Below are positions 23,610 to 34,558 of a stretch of DNA of 64,000 nt, piece by piece. Numbering within the stretch: position 1 is the stretch's first letter; each line of letters opens with the position of its first letter. The translations under genes were made by a program, and so were the position numbers. The notes beneath the pieces were generated by a model. The model searched no databases, was not told the origin of the DNA, and was given only the letters and a program-made list of their open reading frames with translations. The DNA comes from Eledone cirrhosa (taxonomy: Eukaryota): positions 21,886,001-21,950,000 of the forward strand of contig OZ024765.1 in the NCBI GenBank assembly GCA_964016885.1, in the 5' to 3' direction.

Positions 23610-24512
23610 GAAGGTAGCCAACTTATACCCTATGGTGGTGAGTAGGGAGGTGGTCCTAGGGCCAAGGACACCATGTCTCCACTGAGACAGGTAACCAACT
23701 TATCCCCTATGGTGGTGAGTAGGGAGATGGTCCTAGGGCCAAGGACACCATGTCTCCACTGCTACAGGTAACCAACTTATCCCCTATGGTGGTGAGTAGG
23801 GAGGTGGTCCTAGGGCCAAGGACACCAGAAGTCTCCACTGAGACAGGTGGTCAACTTATCCCCTATGGTGGTGAGTAGGGAGGTGGTCCTAGGGCCAAGG
23901 ACACCAGAAGTCTCCACTGCAACAGGTAACCAACTTATCCCCTATGGTGGTGAGTAGGGAGGTGGTCCTAGGGCCAAGGACACCAGAAGTCTCCACTGAG
24001 ACAGGTAGTCAACTTATCCCCTATGGTGGTGAGTAGGGAGGTGGTCCTAGGGCCAAGGACACCAGAAGTCTCCACTGCAACAGGTAACCAACTTATCCCC
24101 TATGGTGGTGAGTAGGGAGGTGGTCCTAGGGCCAAGGACACCAGAAGTCTCCACTGCTAAAGGTAACCAACTTATCCCCTATGGTGGTGAGTAGGGAGGT
24201 GGTCCTAGGGCCAAGGACATCAGAAGTCTCCACTGCTACAGGTAACCAACTTATCCCCTATGGTGGTGAGTAGGGAGGTGGTCCTAGAGCCAAGGACACC
24301 AGAAGTCTCCACTGCTAAAGGTAACCAACTTATCCCCTATGGTGGTGAGTAGGGAGGTGGTCCTAGGGCCAAGGACACCATGTCTCCACTGCTACAGGTA
24401 ACCAACTTATCCCCTATGGTGGTGAGTAGGGAGGTGGTCCTAGGGCCAAGGACACCAAGTCTCCACTGCTAAAGGTAACCAACTTATCCCCTATGGTGGT
24501 GAGTAGGGAGGT
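23610..24512. repeat. 78-81-bp tandem repeat, about 11 units
   Basis: CCAACTTATCCCCTATGGTGGTGAGTAGGGAGGTGGTCCTAGGGCCAAGGACACC units; related copy at 28660-28765. Confidence 0.92.
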
Positions 24513-24959
24513 GGAACGGATTCAGGAAATCTATTGGATCGTCAAGTATGAAATTTGTAGAAACAAAACAAACAATCTACAAGTTTCATACTTGACCCAA
24601 TATGTGGTCAACGACAATGCTAGAAATGGCAGCCAAACTTGGTATAATTTCTGTAAATATTCAGATTTTTCGCAGCAGACGATAACAATGGCGGTTGTGT
24701 GTGTGTTCAACACTTTTTAGTCTATCTTCCTCTCTCGACAGAAACAAACACACCCATATATATATATATATATATGAATGAAAATAGAGTGAGAAACGGG
24801 ACTGTCCATCATCAGTGATCTGCTGACTATCATTAGTATTTCTTGGCATTAAAGACCAGATACCTCAAAATCAGTGCGAGCAATAACTAAAATAAGTTAT
24901 TGGGACAGAGCGAATTGGGTGGAGAAAGAGGGACTAAACAAACAAAAGTAGTAATGCAA

Positions 24960-24990
<31 letters not shown>

Positions 24991-25593
24991 GTTTAACGTC
25001 CATCTTCCACGCTTGCATGGGTTTGGACGGGGGTTTTCCCACTTGAGGCAAGAGTGGTTGTCTTGCTCGCATAGGACTGTCTGGTGGGTTTTCTACAGTT
25101 GGATGCCCTTCCTAACACCAACCACATTTACAGTGTGGGGCTGGGAGGATTTTACCGTGTTGCCTACACGGCCACATTACAGCGTGGACTGTCTGGCGGG
25201 TTTTCTACAGCTGGATGCCCTTCCTAACACCAACCACATTTACAGTGTGGGGCTGGGAGGTTTTTACCGTGTTGCCTACACGGCCACATTTACAGCGTGG
25301 ACTGTGTTTTTTTTTTTTTTGTCGTGACACCTACACGATCTCATTTGTTTCGGCCTGGATGTTGTGGCACCAACATAACGTAAATATATATATATATAGA
25401 AGTGGTTACACAACAGTTAGTTCACCATACCGAGATCAATTGTTTCACCTTAGCGGATCCTCAGCTCGTAATGGACATGGTTATACGGAACAGGAAGGAC
25501 AACCGTGTGAACGCGCACGCGCAGAAGCGATCACTTCCCACGGGCAATACTAAATTGTGTGTGAGAGGTGTAAGGGAGATAACCATGTCCATT

Positions 25594-25634
25594 ACGAGCT
25601 GAGGATCCGCTAAGGTGAAACAATTGTTCTCAGT
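25594..25634 (+). ncRNA. Hammerhead ribozyme motif (mirror copy on - strand at about 25430-25470)
   Basis: gag CTGAGGA tcc-gctaa-ggt GAAA CAATTG TT ctc; palindromic stem III AACAATTGTT. Confidence 0.62.
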
Positions 25635-25875
25635 ATGGTGAACTAACTGTTGTGTAACCACTTCTACCTAACTCGTCCCATGGACTGAGTGCTCTACCAC
25701 TACGGATATTACCTTCCAGTGTTCTACCATTATGTATATATGTATGTATATATATATATATATATGTGAAAAATATGGGGAGAAGAATACTGCATGGTTG
25801 CACATGGATTACATGTTATAAATTGAGTCCCTCATCAGTGATTTGCCAACGATCATTGGTATTTCATCGCATTAT

Positions 25876-25944
<69 letters not shown>

Positions 25945-25946
<2 letters not shown>

Positions 25947-26277
25947 AAGGCACATGGCTTAGTGGTTAGAGCACTGATCTTGCAATCGAAAGGTTGTGAG
26001 TTCAATTCTCAGACCGGGTGATGTGTTGTTTCCTTGAGCAAGACACTTTATTTCACTTTGCTCCAGTTTACTCAGCTGTAGAAATGAGATGATAGGGACT
26101 GGGGTCCCTATCATTCCACTGCAAAGTGGTCGTGGAGGTGCCACTGCAAAAAAGCACCCAGCACTCACTGTAAATGAGGTTGGTGTTAGGAAGGGCATCC
26201 AGCTGTAGAAATCAAGCCAGAATCAGTTCCCGTCCCACCCTTGCAAGCAGGGAAAAGTGGACGTAAAATGAAATGAA
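25945..26277 (+). mobile_element. SINE family A copy
   Basis: Near-identical to 552-890. Confidence 0.85.
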
Positions 26278-26698
26278 AAAAACAACTGTCCCCGGTATTC
26301 GCGGGGTTACGTTCCTAGGGCATCGCGAATATTGGACGTGGTCTATAAAAATTCCTATAAACGTCAAAACAAGGTAAAATATAATAAAAAGAAAGAGTCA
26401 GGTCTTATGCGAAGGGTCGTCCAATAGGCCAGCAAATACGGTAATATTATTATTAAAAATTTATCGTTAAAAAGCGTGAAAAAATATATATTACTTCGAA
26501 AAAAAAAAGCATAAAAAACCGCGGAAGATATTTACGATTCCGCGAATATGTGGTGGGCTTCTACGAACAATTATTAGTTAGGTTCTGAGGAACACTGTGT
26601 ATATATATATACATACATATATATATATACATATATATATAAAAGAGAAAACACAGGTAAGCATTAAGAGAAGGATTTAAATATACATATATATATAC

Positions 26699-26750
<52 letters not shown>

Positions 26751-27707
26751 CGGTTGCGGTGGTATGGACATGTGATGGGTATGAAGGATAACAGGTGCAT
26801 AAAAAGGTGCAGATCACTAGAAGTCGCTGGAAACCACGGAGTGGGGACACCCAAGATGACCTGGGATGAGGTGATAAAAGCCGACCTTATCCAATTACAC
26901 CTCTCAAAGTCAATGACACACGACCGTGACCTCTGGCGTCACGCAGTAATACAGAGTACCCGACCTCCCACGGGTACAAGCTGAAGCATATAGACAATAT
27001 GCCCCCACACCCTCCCACTGCAAGGTGGTCGTGGAGGTGCCACGGCAAAAAAGCACCCAGCCCACACTGTAAAGTGGACGTGTAGGCGCCACGAAAAAGC
27101 ACCCAGCACTCACTGTAAAGTGGACGTGTAGGCGCCACGAAAAAGCACCCAGCCCACACTGTAAATAAGGTTGGTGTTAGGAAGGGCATCCAGCTGTAGA
27201 AATCAAGCCAAATCAGTTCCTGTATGAGCAAGGCATGGTCAGCCGACCAGACACTGCCCACAACAGGACAACCCGTCTAACCCATGCTTGCTAGCGTGGA
27301 AGAACGGACGTAAAACGGTGATGATGATGATGTATATATATATATATAAATATGGTTTTATAAATATAGTTTCCATTTGTTTAATATCGTATATCTACTC
27401 TAAAAACTTGTCGAGTGCTTTATATCAGTTATAAAATATTTACTTGTTGTAACCCAACAATTTTAAATAAAACTTTTGCATATATATATATATATATATA
27501 TATATGTATACATGGAACGTTATATATGTATATATATATGTATATATGTATATATACACATATATATGTATATATATATACATATATATATATGTATATA
27601 TATATATACACATATATATATATACATATATATATATGTATATATAAGGATTAAAATACTGGAGCGTGTTGGAGTTAAACACCCTCTTCGTATTATAGAA
27701 ATGACAG

Positions 27708-27748
<41 letters not shown>

Positions 27749-29762
27749 TTGATGAACACACACACGGCCGCCATTGTTATCGTCTGCTGAGAAATCTCTG
27801 AATATTTACAGAAATTAAAAGTTTTTGTTTCATTTTAAACTTTCTCCGTTATTTCTTTTCATTGGGAAAGTCTTATCATAGAATTGTGAATAGGATTAGG
27901 ACGGATATATTGGGGTTTCTTGGCCAGGCTTTGTAAAATAAGGCATTATCGTCTGGTCCCTGACAATTCATGCCAGTAAGGATAGCCAGACCATCATCTC
28001 AATTGATAGAAAATAAGGGGCAGCTCAGCCTGTGACTGTGGGGTCCCTGTCTGTTGTCTGGGATTGCCCCACCCCAGAAATGTTCCGCTCAATTCATGCC
28101 AGGAAGGTTAAGCAGACCATCATCTCCATTGATAGAAAATAAATAACAGAACACAAATGAACCAAATTCCCGCAGTCACTGCCTCTATCTTTCATTATTT
28201 TGTCAGTTCAAATCTGAGTTCAAATCCCGCCGAGGTTGACTTTGCCTTTCATCCTTACGGGATCGATAAAATAAAGTACCAGTAATGCACTGGGTAATTA
28301 CTGGCCTTGTGCCAAAAGTAGAAACAATTATTTTGTCTGAGGGTGGTGGATTGGCAGTATCGGTAGAGCGTCGGACACCTTGCTTTGCAACATAGAGTTG
28401 CGGCCCTTTACTTTCTGAGTTCAAATCCCGCCGAGGTTAACTTTACCTTTCATCCTTACGGGGTCGATAAAACAAAGTACCAGTAATACACTGATTAATT
28501 GCTGGCCTTGTGGCCAAAGTAGAACCAATTATTATAAGCAAATGAGGGCCCATACACTTGCTGTCCCGTGGCCCCATCGGACAGAATAGGTGTTTCCCCG
28601 GAGGATGGTGAGAGAGACACGTTGGAAGGCTCACACCAGCGGGTAGCTAACTCTGTGTCGATAGTGGAGAGTAGGGAGGTGACCCTAGGGCCAGAGACAC
28701 CAGAAGCTGGTGGTGGTAAGTAGGGAGGTGGTCCTAGGGAGAAGGACACCAGAAGTCTCCACCGTGGGGCAAACTAGAAGGTGCTTCATAGTTTATAATT
28801 ACCCGTATTAACTGCCAGATGCATTATTGTGCTTAGGTGTACTTAAGCACCGAGCCCTGTTGTTAGGGATTTTATAAATAAAACGAAACAAAATATACGA
28901 TTAAAATGAGTGAAAGAGTTCCTTAAAATTATTAAACAATTAAATAAAGATAATTATTTACTAACCACATGTGGAAATGTCTTTAAAGACGGCAATATAA
29001 GCAATGTTGGTAAGACATTCTGAGGAGGGCTGGACAGCAGTAGGTGTTCCGATGAGAAACCCCGCTCAAATGGACAGCAGGAGGTATTATGAGGGGAAAC
29101 CGCGTGCAAATAAATGTTGCGACCCTTAACTTTTTGCCGGGAAAACGTTAAAACCTATGGAAAACCAAACGCACCACTACTAAAATGTCGTGGTTAGTTT
29201 AAGTGTCGCTCGTTTATATATTTTGTCTTTTTATTTAGATAATAAATGAAATACATATGCAGTGTACCCCGGCATTCGCGGAATTTTCCTTAAAACTTAA
29301 ATAATATTTGTTCGTGGAAACCACCGCATATTCGCGTAATCGTAAATATCTTCCGCGATATTTTAAGGGCTTTTATCGATTCAATATATATTGCTATTTC
29401 TAACAGGTTGGGAATCAACCATAAAGGATTCTCTCTGCGAGTTCGTTGTCAGTGATGATCGTGTAATAAAAATTAGAGTTTATAGTAATAAAAATTAGTG
29501 TTTATAATATATATATAATACTTATTAATTAAAGTTAAGACCGGTTTTAATACTAACAATATATTATATTATGAAACACGATATACAAAAATTATGGAAG
29601 CTTAAATTAGTAATAGCTAGCAGAATGGCCCGGCGTTGCTCGGGATTTGCTCTAGGGTTCTTATATATTTGATATACATTTATCCTTATCGAGCTTCGTG
29701 AAATAAATACGTTTGTTTATATTTTGTTATTGTGTCTGCAAAAATATCTGTACACGAATATA

Positions 29763-29801
<39 letters not shown>

Positions 29802-29854
29802 GGAAAAAATGAAACAAAATTTCATTTCCCATTCTTAGTACGGCTGTTACTTAA

Positions 29855-30228
29855 ATATAAGTATGTACACGTACATACATATATGTATACAGACGTACAG
29901 TAGTATGTATATATATATATACATACATGCACACACATATATATGTACGTATGGATTCACCGAACATTTATTATAATGCTTGGTGTGTTTGTAAACAAAC
30001 ATCCCGTATTAAGCCGTAGTGTCCAGCAACCATCGTTGCTCGTTTGTTCAACACTGACAGTGTTGCTGGACACTACGGCTTAATACGGGATGTTTGTTTA
30101 CAAACACACCGAGCATTATAATAAATGTTCGGTGAATCCATACGTACATATATATGTGTGTGCATGTATGTATATATATATACATACTACTGTACGTCTG
30201 TATACATATATGTATGTACGTGTACATA

Positions 30229-30235
<7 letters not shown>
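29855..30235. repeat. Long foldback inverted repeat (arms about 175 bp, 31-bp spacer)
   Basis: 29855-30030 is the near-perfect reverse complement of 30062-30235. Confidence 0.9.
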
Positions 30236-30277
<42 letters not shown>

Positions 30278-31509
30278 TAAGACTCAAGTTGCATTTTCGA
30301 TTTCATCTTTTTTTCTTTATACTTTCACTCGTGTAGGACACCTCGGTTATTTTTCATTTTGTAAAAAAAACCTCACTTTCTAATATATATATATATTTAT
30401 TAAAATAACAGATTAAAGTTTAAGTAAAGAATCGCTGCTTTCACCCTAACGGGATCTTCTGAAACTAACAAAGTCAATCTGTGAACGCAGAAGTGAATAT
30501 TTCAAAAAACGTTGCAACCGGAGGAAGACAGGAAGACGATACTTTGGTTCCCTGGCAATGAACGGAAAAAACGAAGATAATACGTCATTATGTGGAGCGT
30601 AGAGAACAATTGCACGCAAAGGCAAAACCACGTAAATGGTATAACTGAAGTCGTAGACTAAAATTCTAACTAGGAAACCGAATGATTCTCGGCTACAGAG
30701 TTAAGAATAAAGTAAATAAAATACAGAGGTAATTGAAATTAAATAAATACATACATGCATCCATACACGTACATACACAAGCATATGCGAAAACACTCGC
30801 AAGAGGTATACAAATACACGCACATATAAATATGTGTGTGTGTGTGCGTGTATACAAATAATTAAATAAACGTATATAAATAAATAAATACGTATATAAC
30901 AAGCGCAGACACATACCTACATGTAAATACACATATGTTCAGAGACATACGTCAACCAAAACACGAAGTACACATATACACACACCCGTACGAATATATA
31001 TACACATATATGTACGAACCTGCATACTCACACAGACGCAAAACTCACATATACACATAACCAAAAGCATATGTACCAGAATATATAAAATATACGCCAT
31101 AACATATACAATCAAATATACGTATGAGAAAGTATACGTACCTTCACAAAACATACAGGTAATATATACTTACCTATGCAAATAAGTAATGGTATAAACA
31201 TAACATATACTTAGCTACCACATCAAGACATAAAATATCCGCGTATAGATCGCACTACCCGTTAGGGTATAATGTGGGGCTGTAATACAGGAAAGTTTTG
31301 TGCAATTTATGTTTACAAGCCGAAATTGCCTCAGATTTTTTGTTTAAGATGTGGTCTGTGGCGTAGAGTATTTCTAGGGCCTTAGCGGTGCAGAGGGCAC
31401 ATGGTCTTTTATTTCCGTTATACGATCTAGCCCTAGCTAGGATCTCCCAGTGTAACTTACATTGGGTGTGGTTGTCTTTTAGACTCCAGATATATTATTA
31501 TTATTATTG

Positions 31510-31797
31510 TTCTTTGAGTCTCCGTCATTGATGTTATTTAACTGGAAAGTTTGTTGAAATGAATATCAAGCCACTACCTGCAGCCTCAGATATTCAGGAT
31601 GTATCGGAGGGTTCTTGCTGTTCCCAGCAAGCATGCCTTTTGAAGTGTTCCAAAAAGCGGGCGGGACCAATTTTCTTTAACCATCCTTGGAAACTCTTTG
31701 AGATAGTACCTAGTGCGCCTATGACAATCGGGACCACTTTGACCTCATGGTAGTTCCAAATCCTTTTTGCCTCCCACTTCAAGTCCTGGTATTGGTT
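31510..31797 (-). mobile_element. R4/Dong-like (REL endonuclease) non-LTR element 3' fragment in (TAA)n
   Basis: YQDLKWEAKRIWN..VKVVPIVIGALGTI, then in another frame LQKACLLGTARTLRYIL*; TAA repeats on both sides. Confidence 0.75.
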
Positions 31798-31798
31798 A

Positions 31799-31831
<33 letters not shown>

Positions 31832-31983
31832 TATAAGTTTAGGAATAACCAGAGTGCTTAGAAATACATTGTTTGATTAGCTAACAGTGTTTCATCCATA
31901 CCTTATGGCAGGAATCATCAGAGCCTATAAACAAGAGTATATCAAGAGTTGCATGCTCCATCAACTATTGATATACTCGTTTA

Positions 31984-32034
31984 TAGGCTCTGATGAATCC
32001 TGCCATAGGGTATGGATGAAACACTGTTAGCTAA
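31984..32034 (+). ncRNA. Hammerhead ribozyme motif (mirror copy on - strand at about 31878-31928)
   Basis: ggct CTGATGA (31990-31996) ATCC...GGAT GAAA (32018-32021) CACTG TT agct. Confidence 0.7.
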
Positions 32035-32232
32035 TCAAACAATGTATTTCTAAGCACTCTTTGGTTATTCCTAAACTTATAACGGCTCTGTAGTATACTA
32101 GTTATCCTACATTGAGCTAAAACTACACTGTCATACCAAGGGCAATATATCTGTGTGTCTGGGCACATTGATATATTTGTCAACAAAACTATATATATAT
32201 ATATATATATATTAAAATATATATATATATAT

Positions 32233-32552
32233 ACGTCCGCTTTTTCCCTGCTAGCAAGGGTGGGACGGGAACTGATTCTGGCTTGATTTCTACAGCTGGA
32301 TGCCCTTCCTAACACCAACCTCATTTACAGTGAGTGCTGGGTGCTTTTTTGCCATGGCACCCCCACGACCACTTTGCAGTGGAATGATAGGGACCCCAGT
32401 CCCTATCATCTCATTTCTACAGCTGAGTAAACAGGAGCAATGTGAAATAAAGTGTCTTGCTCAAGGAAACAACACATCACCAAGCCTGAGAATTGAACTC
32501 ACAACCTTTTGATTGCAAGGTCAATGCTCTAACCACTAAGCCATGTGCCTCC
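32233..32552 (-). mobile_element. SINE family A copy
   Basis: Reverse complement of 552-890. Confidence 0.85.
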
Positions 32553-32659
<107 letters not shown>

Positions 32660-33227
32660 AATATATATATATATTGGATTAAATGCTCTGAAATAGCGAT
32701 ATATATGTGAAGATAGACATAGAATGTCTATCTTCACATATATATATATATATGCCGAAACAAATGAGATCGTGTAGGTGTCACAACAAAAAAACACACA
32801 GTCCACGCTGTAATGTGGCCGTGAAGGCAACACGGTAAAAACCTCCCAGTCCCACACTGTAAATGTGGTTGGTGTTAGGAAGGGCATCCAGCTGTAGAAA
32901 ACCCGCCAGACAGTCCTATGTGAGCAAGACAACCACTCTTGCCTCAAGCAGGAAAACTCCCGTCCAAACCCATGCAAGCGTGGAACATGGACGTTAAACA
33001 ATGATGATGATGATGATGATGATGATATATATATATAAATAAATATTTAATATAGAAAAGGCTTCACAGGACTAGAAATATTTCATTCATGAGAAATCAT
33101 CAGGAAGCTGACTGTCCAAGTAATAGGGTGGTATTTATATCTTTTCTGGTGGTAGGAGAGGGTGGGGATTGGGATGGGTGGACGTCATTGTTTGATGGGT
33201 TTAAAGAAAAGGGAATTCTTTAAAAGC

Positions 33228-33270
33228 TATATTCCTGATGATTTCTCCTGAATGAAACAGTTCTAGTCCT
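33228..33270 (+). ncRNA. Degenerate hammerhead ribozyme motif (mirror copy on - strand at about 33068-33106)
   Basis: CTGATGA (33235-33241) tttc-tcct-gaat GAAA (33254-33257) CAG TTC; stem I weak. Confidence 0.5.
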
Positions 33271-33545
33271 GTAGAAGCCTTTTCTATATTAAATATTTAT
33301 ACTCTACTTTGTATTGAGTACCTTACTTACTGTGGTTACTCCCGATTGAACCCAGGATAAACTTATAATATAATATATAGAAATAAACACACAAAGAAGT
33401 GTTTTGAATTACATGGGTTGAAAAACTACTTTGGTACAATGTATATAATCTATGAACAAATGGAAAAACTGGAAAAAATGAATTAAATGTTTTCAACTTT
33501 GTTTTTCATTTGTATATATATATATATATATACAAATATATATAT

Positions 33546-33867
33546 AGAGCATTGGCCTTGCAATCGAAAGGTTGTGAGTTCAATTCTCAGACCGGGTGAT
33601 GTGTTGTTTCCTTGAGCAAGACACTTTATTTCACATTGCTCCAGTTTACTCAGCTGTAGAAATGAGATGATAGGGACTGGGGTTCATATCATTCCACTGC
33701 AAAGTGGTCGTGTAGGTGCCACGCCAAAAAAGCACCCAGCACTCACTGTAAATGAGGTTGGTGTTAGGAAGGGCATCCAGCTGTAGAAATCAGGCCAGAA
33801 TCAGTTCCCGTCCCACCCTTATAAGCAGGGAAAAGCAGACGTAAAATGAAATGATGATGATGAAATG
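33546..33867 (+). mobile_element. SINE family A copy, 5'-truncated
   Basis: Near-identical to 576-890. Confidence 0.8.
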
Positions 33868-34353
33868 ATATATATATATATATATATATGGATGTGTTGA
33901 GAGAGAAACTGTGTCTGAGAGGGATAGATTGTAGTGTACGAGAGAGGAGACTGTGCTGGTATGGACATGTGTGCGCATGAAGGATGACGAGATGGGTGAA
34001 GAAGTGCCAGGAAATGCCAGTTGAAGGAAGATGTGGTAGAGGTAGACCACGAAAAACATGGGCAGAGGTGGTGAGAACAGACCTCAGATCGCTGAAGCTC
34101 ACGGTGGAGATGACGAAGGACTGTGACGAGTGGAGAGATGCTGTGTTGAATAAGACCCGTCCCATCCCACCCTTGCAAGCAGGGAAAAGCGGACATAAAA
34201 TGATGATGATGATGATGGATGGCATATTATTAATAAGTAAGAAGAGACAGTTTTACTTTTTACAGTTCAGTTTATTATCTTACATAACACACAGATATAT
34301 ATATATATATATTTATACACACACACACACGCACACATATATATGTGTGTGTG

Positions 34354-34558
34354 TTACTCAGAAATTGAATCATCTGCTACTTTCCGTTTATCCTTCATGA
34401 CAAGAGCCTTAGGTGGAGCTTCGATATTGAGTTTCTTCCTTAAATCACCGACATCCTCTTCCCAATATTTCTCAAAGTAAACCGACAGAAGAAACTTAGA
34501 GTTCCGTCCACAACGAATTGCCCATGGCATAAATTCACTCCAGTACATTTGTGAGTGT
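34354..34558 (-). CDS. COQ4: COQ4 terminal exon ([14 protein letters not shown]...SISE*)
   Basis: ctgtttcag acceptor, TAA stop; AATAAA at 34276-34271 downstream. Confidence 0.92.

Noticed and set aside
26285-26560. Tigger/pogo-like MITE remnant, related to 29260-29375
   Set aside because: Termini too degenerate to define; not called as a feature
30430-30700. CpG-richer unique stretch with a 61-aa ORF
   Set aside because: No recognisable homology or splice pattern; could be regulatory but unsupported
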